Shown: piece by piece, positions 57,779 to 64,000 of the stretch
How the letters are laid out: every line of letters begins with the position of its first letter
How positions within the stretch are numbered: position 1 is the first letter of the stretch
Assembly (NCBI GenBank): GCA_041659225.1
Contig: JBAZYR010000005.1
Span: 7,282-71,281 of the forward strand
DNA from: Candidatus Staskawiczbacteria bacterium
Lineage (GTDB): Bacteria; Patescibacteriota; Minisyncoccia; Minisyncoccales; Staskawiczbacteraceae
Length of the DNA: 64,000 nt
Reading direction: 5' to 3'
Program-made: the position numbers and the translations under genes
Notes under the pieces: generated by a model
Databases searched by the model: none
Told to the model about the DNA's origin: nothing
What the model saw: the letters and a program-made list of their open reading frames with translations, nothing else

Positions 57779-57915
57779 TTGTTCGCTTAACATATATGTG
57801 AGGAGCTAATTGTGTCGACCTGAAACTTCGTAATACGGCTGTTGTGCGAAAATAATATAAATTCCTGAACCCGTTACGCCAACATTTTAAGGCGGTTTTT
57901 AGTTTGACAAACATA
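57779..57915 (+). repeat. conserved intergenic motif, copy 1 (core ACATATATGTGAGGAGCTAATTGTGTCGACCTGAAACTTCGTAATACGG at 57790-57838) with downstream TTGACA
   Basis: Core is near-identical to copy 2 at 61816-61864 (one mismatch in 49). It shares TTGTTCGCTTAACATATAT with copy 3. Looser homology continues through GGTTTTTAGTTTGACA. Confidence 0.7.
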
Positions 57916-58010
57916 GCGGTTTGCCATATTGTACAGTGTAATGGCGTGTGCCATATCACAGCTTTTTTAAAACACAATTTCGCTGCCACATGGCAGAGAG
58001 GAGGCTCGAG

Positions 58011-58559
58011 GTGAAGAATTTCATCGTACTAGAAGGCTTGAGCGGAAGCGGAAAAACAACCATCGGTAAACTATTAGCCGAACGTATGGGGGCTGATTTT
58101 TACAAAACTCCGCCGGCAGTTTTCCGGTCTATTCGGGATGAAGTCGATCGGACCGCCGGCACGATGTCCCGTTTCTTTTTCTATCTGTCAGGAACTCTTT
58201 TATCTTCTCAAGAGATCTCACGGATTCTGGAGAATAGAGACGTGATTTGCGACCGATATATTTACACCACCATATGTTATCATCTGGCCATAGGGCTGGA
58301 CTTCGAAATACCGGCCGCGCTTTTCCAGCAAATCGTCATGCCCAACCATTTTTTTCTGGTAACCTGTCGCGAAGAAACTAGAATTAAAAGACTGAGCGCA
58401 AGGGGGATGACCGCAAACGACATAGCCGAAAGAAAAGAGGGAATTGAAGCGCGATTCATCGCCGAGTACAGGAAATTCAAGCCGGTTGAGATCGACAACT
58501 CAGGGAACAGCCCCGAGTATGCTGTTGAGCAAATCATGGGCATCGTCGGAAGAGGTTGA
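58011..58559 (+). CDS. thymidylate-kinase-like nucleoside monophosphate kinase
   Basis: GAGGAGG RBS, GTG 58011. (V)KNFIVLEGLSGSGKTT P-loop in the classic Tmk context. DRY motif (DRYIYTTICYH). 182 aa. Confidence 0.6.
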   Translation: MKNFIVLEGLSGSGKTTIGKLLAERMGADFYKTPPAVFRSIRDEVDRTAGTMSRFFFYLSGTLLSSQEISRILENRDVICDRYIYTTICYHLAIGLDFEIPAALFQQIVMPNHFFLVTCREETRIKRLSARGMTANDIAERKEGIEARFIAEYRKFKPVEIDNSGNSPEYAVEQIMGIVGRG

Positions 58560-58563
58560 AACC

Positions 58564-59169
58564 ATGAAAAAGATTATCTTAACAGGTGGAACATCCGGCG
58601 GGAAAACAACAATTCTAGAGAGGTTAAAAAAACGCTTCAATCGCAATGCCGTTTTTGTCCGAGAGACAGCAACACTGTTACTCGAAGGCGGCTATCCAAA
58701 ACCGGGTGATTTATTGCCCTGGAGCCAAGACTGGCATTTATTATTTGAAGATGCGGTCTTCTATCTGCAGAGATCTTTGGAAGATGCCAGTTCATTAGTA
58801 GCACGACACCAAAACTGCGACTTGATTATCTGCGACCGCGGCCTTCTCGACGTGGCCGGACATCTGCCCGGAGGAAGGGCACAGTTCTGCTGCCGGTACG
58901 ACACGACGGAAGAAGAATCTCTGTCGCGATATGATGTCGTCATTCATTTAGTCTCATTTGCCATGTTCGACCCTACCGGGTATTCCGCAGTGGCGGAAAC
59001 TAGGTGGGGGAACTCACATCTTTCATCACTCGAGTACGCTCATTGTACTGAAAGGGCAACGTTAGACGCTTGGTCTAATCACAAAAGAAGATATATAGTG
59101 GGCGGTCAAGGAAACATCGATCGTAAAACAGCGGAAGTAATCGAAATCATTGAGCGCGCTATTGCATGA
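58564..59169 (+). CDS. AAA_28/NadR-like P-loop kinase/ATPase
   Basis: MKKIILTGGTSGGKTTILERL resembles the ribosylnicotinamide-kinase (NadR C-terminal/AAA_28) N-terminus. ATG 58564 directly follows the upstream stop. 201 aa. Confidence 0.45.
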   Translation: MKKIILTGGTSGGKTTILERLKKRFNRNAVFVRETATLLLEGGYPKPGDLLPWSQDWHLLFEDAVFYLQRSLEDASSLVARHQNCDLIICDRGLLDVAGHLPGGRAQFCCRYDTTEEESLSRYDVVIHLVSFAMFDPTGYSAVAETRWGNSHLSSLEYAHCTERATLDAWSNHKRRYIVGGQGNIDRKTAEVIEIIERAIA

Positions 59170-59329
59170 ATACGCGCTCTTTTCTTAAATCAGTATCTGG
59201 CGACTTGTAATTTAGGCGCAGAAAGGGCAAAATATATTAACGAATAATTGGAAACTGCCCCCTGTCAGAGACGGTTTCCGCCCTCTATGCCGAACCGGAG
59301 AAACGAAGATAAAGGTAACAAGTTTTTGT

Positions 59330-61036
59330 ATGCAGAAAAATAATATTTTAGACATTTATAAAAAAATCTATGACCTACCGGAACTTTCTCAAACCGAAAA
59401 GGTGGATTTTAATTTTTTCCGATTATGCGAAAAAAACTATAATTTTGTCGTAGTCAGCGCGTACAATGAAAAACATGAATTTCTTCTGACTAGAGATCTT
59501 AACAAAGATATCGGTTGGGAATTAGTTGGAGGGTATATAAAAGACGGGGAAAACATTATAGACGCCGCAAACCGGGTCGTTTTAAAGGAGACAGGCCTCA
59601 TCATAGATGAGTTGCAGCCCATAGCAATTATTAATAATAATTTCAAATTTAATAATGGGATTATCACCCATCGGGGAATCGCATTTATTGCGTTATCTCG
59701 GAAGAAGATCAAACCACAGCCGGAAAACATCAAAGTGATATACACAGAAGATGCGCCCGACAAAATGGCATATTACAATAAAGAAATATTCAAAATTGCG
59801 AAAGAAATATTAACGATAAAAAACTTTAACCCGCCATATGATGAAATCGACAGCGCTAAAAAGTTTTTACCGTTGCACCTAATTAATAAGTATTTTATTA
59901 GTATAGTCGGACAGATATCATCCAGAAAAATAAAGAAACGTATACTAGGCCTGATCTCTTCAAACCCCAAGTCGATAATAGATGTATGTTGCGGTGACGA
60001 CAGCTTTATTTTCCAGCTTGAGCGGCGGTACAAGCCCGAAATTTTTGTCGCCAATGACATCTCCTGGAAAACTTTGCTACTATTAAAAAATCGGAACAAA
60101 AAGAGCGACATAATTTTTACTAATCACAACGTGATTGATTTGCCCTTTCAGGATAAGTTTGACCTGGTGATATTTAAAAATAGTCTTCATCATATAGATA
60201 GGGGGGATCAAGCCGATTTAGTGAAAAACTTTTCTGACATATCGAAAGAGCTAATAGTTGTCGATATTGAAGATCCTAACAGGTCTAATTTCCTTTCGAA
60301 AATATGGCACTATTACTATGTATATTTTCTTGGAGACGTAGGAGGAAATTTTTTCACATATGGCGAGTTCAAGGAATTTATAAAAAACAACATAAAAGGC
60401 AAGGAAATAAAATTCGGAGTCATTGACACTATTAAGGGAAGATATTTCTATTCGGTTCTGAGAGAAAAGGCCAACATGGAAGAGGTAGAAATAAAAGTTA
60501 AACTGAATGACAGCTCGGTTAAGGAGGTGCGGAAAGAGTTATACAAATTAGGTGCGATACTAGACGGTGAGGACGAAGAAAGGGACACGTATTTTACTGC
60601 CCCACATCGGGATTTTATTAAAACAAAAGAGTGTCTTAGGATACGGGAGAAGGGTGCCTATACCGAACTCACATATAAAGGGCCGACTACAAAAGAAATG
60701 CTGAAGAAAAAACAATTTTGGAAGCCTGAAATCAACATTCCATTCAAAGGTAACCGGGATGATGTGGAAACGATGCTCGAGATGTTAAGCTTTAAAAAAG
60801 TGGTTGATTTCACCAAACATCGAGAAAAATTCTTGTTAGGCGCGAAAACCATAACCATCGATAAAATAGGTGATTTAGGATATTTTCTCGAGATAGAAGA
60901 AGTTGTTAGAACAAAGAAAGATAGGGAAAGGGTTTTGGAGGAAAATATTGAATTTCTGGATGTTTTTAAGCTATCTAAAAAAGATATTGTTGAGAAGCCT
61001 TATCGGGACCTAGTTATTGAATCTAATAAAAGCTAG
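59330..61036 (+). CDS. tri-domain protein: Nudix hydrolase-like (degenerate Nudix box) + class I SAM-dependent methyltransferase + CYTH (triphosphate tunnel metalloenzyme) domain
   Basis: Nudix box GGYIKDGENIIDAANRVVLKETGL (G..5..E..7..R.V..KE.GL, two catalytic Glu replaced). MTase motif I IIDVCCGDDS and motif DLVIFKNSLHH. CYTH N-terminal EVEIKVKL plus LRIRE and TELTYKGP. 568 aa. Confidence 0.65.
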   Translation: MQKNNILDIYKKIYDLPELSQTEKVDFNFFRLCEKNYNFVVVSAYNEKHEFLLTRDLNKDIGWELVGGYIKDGENIIDAANRVVLKETGLIIDELQPIAIINNNFKFNNGIITHRGIAFIALSRKKIKPQPENIKVIYTEDAPDKMAYYNKEIFKIAKEILTIKNFNPPYDEIDSAKKFLPLHLINKYFISIVGQISSRKIKKRILGLISSNPKSIIDVCCGDDSFIFQLERRYKPEIFVANDISWKTLLLLKNRNKKSDIIFTNHNVIDLPFQDKFDLVIFKNSLHHIDRGDQADLVKNFSDISKELIVVDIEDPNRSNFLSKIWHYYYVYFLGDVGGNFFTYGEFKEFIKNNIKGKEIKFGVIDTIKGRYFYSVLREKANMEEVEIKVKLNDSSVKEVRKELYKLGAILDGEDEERDTYFTAPHRDFIKTKECLRIREKGAYTELTYKGPTTKEMLKKKQFWKPEINIPFKGNRDDVETMLEMLSFKKVVDFTKHREKFLLGAKTITIDKIGDLGYFLEIEEVVRTKKDRERVLEENIEFLDVFKLSKKDIVEKPYRDLVIESNKS

Positions 61037-61145
61037 AGATTTAATCCACCCTCTGTTTGTTGACAAATAGTAGCTTTGTAATATAATAACAAAGCCCTTT
61101 GAAATATAAGAAATGTCTTTCCAGATAAAAGTGAAAGGAGACAAC

Positions 61146-61625
61146 ATGTTCTATTTCTTAAGCGATGACCTTACAAAACTACGGGAAATAATCAAAAAAG
61201 TAAGAGAAGAACTCGACGCAGCTCTCAAAAGCATTGGAGACGCCTGCGAAGGGGAGTCCAATACTTGGCATGATAACTTCGCGTATGAAGAAGGCCAGCG
61301 CCAGGTGGACATGGTATCAAGACGATATCAGGAGCTGCAGACGATGTTTATGAACGTTGCTGTCATAGACCCCCCAAAGGATAATCTCAAAGTTCAGATC
61401 GGCCACACAGTTGTTGTTAAAGACCCTTACGAGAAAGAAGATCAAGTATACAGGATTGGCAGCTATATGTGCTTTCAGGAAGACGAAAATGAAGATGGAG
61501 GTGATCAGGTTATCTCCTATGCCGCACCGCTTGGGCAGCTTTTCATGGGCGCTAAAGTCGGCGAATATAGAGGAGGAAACATCGGTGGAAGACCCAGAAC
61601 GTTCAAGATTATACAAATCAGATAG
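61146..61625 (+). CDS. GreA/GreB-family protein, second paralog (Rnk/Gfh-like)
   Basis: AAGGAG RBS. C-terminal FKBP-like VQIGHTVVV...ISYAAPLGQLFMGAKVGE parallels GreA (V.iGs.V.v...s..SPlGrALiGkkvGd). Coiled-coil tip GDACEGESNTWHDNFAYEEGQ with an insertion. Confidence 0.55.
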   Translation: MFYFLSDDLTKLREIIKKVREELDAALKSIGDACEGESNTWHDNFAYEEGQRQVDMVSRRYQELQTMFMNVAVIDPPKDNLKVQIGHTVVVKDPYEKEDQVYRIGSYMCFQEDENEDGGDQVISYAAPLGQLFMGAKVGEYRGGNIGGRPRTFKIIQIR

Positions 61626-61805
61626 AATAAATATTTTTTATCCGTCATCGAATTTCCTTCACTCCAACAATAGTCCGAAATGAAAGTTTTGGGCTTTTTT
61701 CTTGTTCCGTCTAGTCCGGGCGGAAAGAGTGCTGAAGCGATACGCGCCTTTTCGAGAGCCAGTTAGAACTGAGCATAAAGACCAGATAAAATTAGTTAAA
61801 TAAAA

Positions 61806-61950
61806 ACTTCGGGAAACATATATGTGAGGAGCTAATTGTGTCGACCTAAAACTTCGTAATACGGTTTAGTTGTGCAATAGTCCAAGCCCCACCCATCAAC
61901 GCTGATACCAGGGGTTTAAACCGGCGAGAGGAGGTTTTTGGTTTGACACG
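61806..61950 (+). repeat. conserved intergenic motif, copy 2 (core 61816-61864) with downstream TTGACA and a 10-1-10 palindrome
   Basis: Core ACATATATGTGAGGAGCTAATTGTGTCGACCTAAAACTTCGTAATACGG. TTGACA at 61942-61947. Perfect palindrome ATTATTGTAA-C-TTACAATAAT at 61959-61979. Confidence 0.7.
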
Positions 61951-62031
61951 AAGAGTCCATTATTGTAACTTACAATAATCGTTGTTGTTTGACATTTTGT
62001 GCTGGGCGAAACTCTTTTGGAGGAACAGAAA

Positions 62032-62271
62032 ATGTCCTGGAACACCTTCGACGGCTTCAGTGTCAGCCGGGTCCACAGTTTCCGCGGTGGAAAGAACAAA
62101 GTGACGGGCAAGGGGAGTAAGGATCCCCGCGCCAAGTTGGTCGGCATGGAAAGATCCATGCGTGATATTATAGTTAGACTCGAAAGAGCGATGAGGATGC
62201 AGCAACGGGCTAACGCACCCAAACCGCGGGTCCGACCTGCATCTACCAGTTCCCGCCCCAAATACTACTAA
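62032..62271 (+). CDS. small basic protein (79 aa)
   Basis: GGAGG RBS 8 nt before ATG 62032. Lys/Arg-rich C-terminal half. Followed by the terminator GCCCC...GGGGC + T7 at 62310-62342. Confidence 0.35.
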   Translation: MSWNTFDGFSVSRVHSFRGGKNKVTGKGSKDPRAKLVGMERSMRDIIVRLERAMRMQQRANAPKPRVRPASTSSRPKYY

Positions 62272-62340
62272 GTACATTTTCTACCCCACCAGATAAGCTA
62301 TTTCGCCATGCCCCAGAGATGACATCAAGGGGCTCTTTTT

Positions 62341-62376
62341 TTGTTCGCTTAACATATATTTGAGGAGCTACGGGCC
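62341..62376 (+). repeat. conserved intergenic motif, copy 3 (partial: TTGTTCGCTTAACATATATTTGAGGAGCTA)
   Basis: Immediately follows a terminator T-run, as copy 1 does. Lies between convergent gene ends (62271 and 62414). Confidence 0.6.
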
Positions 62377-62413
62377 ACAAAGTAAGTGTGTTCTAAATTT
62401 TTCTGTTTTATCA

Positions 62414-63346
62414 TCACTTTACATCCCTTCTTTCAAGTATACCAAAACCGTCGGCGATTGCAGCGCATAGAAAGTTTTCGAGCTGGCTTTGGTCTTTTTT
62501 TGTTTGGGCGTTATAGAGATAAGTGTAATATAGTTGTTTTTGTTGCTGCTTGATTATTGCCGGGGCAAAATTGTACTCCAAAAGCATGGCACTCATCAGT
62601 AAACGCCCGACACGGCCGTTGCCATCAGAAAACGGGTGGATTTTCTCAAACTTACTGTGCACGCTAGCAGATAGAGCGACAATGTCTTTTGTCTTACTTC
62701 GAGCCTCTTCGATGACTTCCGTTATTAATTTTGGGACGCTTAAATGGTTTGCCGTAGGTAAATTGATGCCTCTAATTCTTACGCCATGATTTCTGTATTT
62801 GCCGGCGTCAGGCCGGACTCCATTCATAAGTATGATGTGGAGTTTAAGGATTAACTCTTCGTTAATTTCTTCTCTCTCTGAGATATAGTCAAATAAATAA
62901 TTTAAGGCAGTCTGATGATTTTTTGCCTCCAGCTGTTCGGTTAAGCTTTTATTTGGCAAGGCAACATTGTCAAAGATAACTGCAGCTGTGTCCTTCTCAT
63001 CAAGCGTGCTTCCCTCTATGCTGTTGCTGTTATAAGTCAGCTTTAGGATAAACTGGTCTCGTATATCCGGGTTGGCTAAAATCTCATCAATAACTCGTTT
63101 GTATTGTGACGACTTTTGCTGTAGCGCCTGTTTTTTTGCAACCAGTTCATTGTCAGGGATTACTTTCTGGCCCGTAACTTCTAAAAATAGCTCATCAATT
63201 GCGGCTTGCTTCTTTGCTCGGGGAGTAGATCTTCCTTTCCACCAGCTATTGAAGGTAGCAAAAGACACGCCGAGCCTTTCAGCTAATTTAGTCTGAGTCA
63301 GTCCAAGCATCCTTCTTATTATCTCTAATTTTTGTCTTATTGTCAT
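62414..63346 (-). CDS. Fic/DOC family protein with N-terminal XRE-type HTH
   Basis: Fic motif HPFSDGNGRVGRLLM (HxFx(D/E)GNGRxxR). N-terminal HTH LGLTQTKLAERLGVSFATFNSW. 310 aa. Confidence 0.85.
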   Translation of the reverse strand: MTIRQKLEIIRRMLGLTQTKLAERLGVSFATFNSWWKGRSTPRAKKQAAIDELFLEVTGQKVIPDNELVAKKQALQQKSSQYKRVIDEILANPDIRDQFILKLTYNSNSIEGSTLDEKDTAAVIFDNVALPNKSLTEQLEAKNHQTALNYLFDYISEREEINEELILKLHIILMNGVRPDAGKYRNHGVRIRGINLPTANHLSVPKLITEVIEEARSKTKDIVALSASVHSKFEKIHPFSDGNGRVGRLLMSAMLLEYNFAPAIIKQQQKQLYYTYLYNAQTKKDQSQLENFLCAAIADGFGILERRDVK

Positions 63347-63578
63347 AATATTCGTATTTAATGCCTACGACCCCATATTACCAAACTTTATAAAGTTAGT
63401 CAAATATGGTAAAACTATATAAAGTTATCATTTTTAACGGACGGGCCCTAGGAAACTTCGCGAAACATATATTTTGCGACGTCTTAAAAATTAGCTTTAC
63501 TTGGATTATTTATAGTTGTACAGTTATATAAGTATATAGAATTTATGCAGTACCCAAAATTGCTGCTTTTCGTCTACT

Positions 63579-63986
63579 ATGCATATAACCAACCTAAGTA
63601 TTAAAAACTTTAGAAATTTCGCTGATTTTAGTATAGATTTAAATTCATTTACTTTAATTATCGGCGAAAACAATACCGGGAAAACAAATTTACTAGAATC
63701 TCTTTGCTTGTTATTCGGACAGGAGATTACAATGTTTAGGAAAAGAATGTTGACAATGGATGATATTAATTATCAGTCTATTAAGGAATTTAAGGAAAAA
63801 GTAAAAAATTCAGAAATTGACGTTGAATCTATTATTTTTCCAGAAGTGAAAATTGAGGCTATTATGACGGATTTTAATGACGACCAGGCATCCATAGTCG
63901 GCGACTGGTTTATTGATGAAAATCTTGAAAAAGCTAAGCTCACCTACATTTTTTCTCTGAGACCAGGGTGGCAAAAAAAAAATTGA
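63579..63986 (+). CDS. OLD-family (AAA_15/AAA_21-like) ATPase N-terminus, apparently truncated or frameshifted directly after an A10 homopolymer
   Basis: ITNLSIKNFRNFADFSIDL...IIGENNTGKTNLLESL is the characteristic OLD/RecF-like N-terminal ATPase start. The ORF stops at TGA 63984-63986, immediately after the A10 run at 63971-63980, after only 135 aa. Family members are about 500-600 aa. Confidence 0.5.
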   Translation: MHITNLSIKNFRNFADFSIDLNSFTLIIGENNTGKTNLLESLCLLFGQEITMFRKRMLTMDDINYQSIKEFKEKVKNSEIDVESIIFPEVKIEAIMTDFNDDQASIVGDWFIDENLEKAKLTYIFSLRPGWQKKN

Positions 63987-64000
63987 GTGGCTGAAGGAGC

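Noticed and set aside
57820-57828. 3-codon mini-ORF (GTG-TCG-ACC-TGA) with perfect GAGGAG RBS inside the conserved intergenic motif
   Set aside because: Present in copies 1 and 2 but destroyed in copy 3. More likely incidental to a conserved nucleic-acid element than a translated regulatory uORF. Mentioned only within the repeat finding.

Overview
The window reads as a gene-dense, strongly plus-strand-biased stretch of a small, low-GC bacterial genome, with composition and gene content reminiscent of Patescibacteria/CPR-like organisms, though this is not provable from sequence alone.

Housekeeping content:
- A complete F1Fo ATP synthase operon (atpB-E-F-H-A-G-D-C, 25.1-31.1 kb).
- hrcA-grpE-dnaK-dnaJ with a CIRCE operator in the hrcA promoter.
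- typA/bipA, rlmN, guaA, pyrG, greA, rplI, rpmA and ctpA, plus an ECF sigma factor with a putative anti-sigma partner.
- tRNA-Lys(UUU) and tRNA-Ala(GGC).

Accessory content, which I judge the more interesting part:
1. A translationally coupled Cas4-like Fe-S PD-(D/E)XK nuclease plus Pif1-family helicase pair at 2.96-5.2 kb, i.e. a Dna2-like activity split into two genes.
2. Several GC-elevated patches in an otherwise AT-rich backbone.
   - A secretin-like gene (21.1-22.5 kb).
   - Two divergent beta-carbonic-anhydrase-fold paralogs (31.1 and 36.8 kb), the first followed by tandem paralogous small ORFs.
   - An NfeD-flotillin (SPFH) operon (34.5-36.8 kb) flanked by promoter- and terminator-bounded GC-rich noncoding units (33.6-34.3 and 37.45-38.0 kb), which contain short RBS-led His/Arg-rich mini-ORFs.
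3. Two free-standing LAGLIDADG-type endonuclease genes (44.9 and 56.5 kb). The first abuts tRNA-Ala.
4. A 3' accessory island (57.7-64.0 kb) punctuated by three copies of a ~50-60 nt conserved intergenic motif. It encodes:
   - a Tmk-like kinase and an AAA_28/NadR-like P-loop kinase;
   - an unusual Nudix-SAM-methyltransferase-CYTH tri-domain protein;
   - a second GreA-family paralog;
   - an HTH-Fic protein;
   - the N-terminus of an OLD-family ATPase, interrupted right after an A10 homopolymer at the window edge.

Other recurring features:
- Hairpin plus TGGTAGAAT modules (terminator plus extended -10) recur in intergenic regions at 47.6-49.7 kb.
- A tandem pair of paralogous small Cys-containing ORFs lies with a small membrane protein at 12.8-13.65 kb.

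No rRNA, CRISPR array or recognisable transposase was seen. All functional calls rest on motif-level reading of the translated ORFs and need HMM or structure confirmation.
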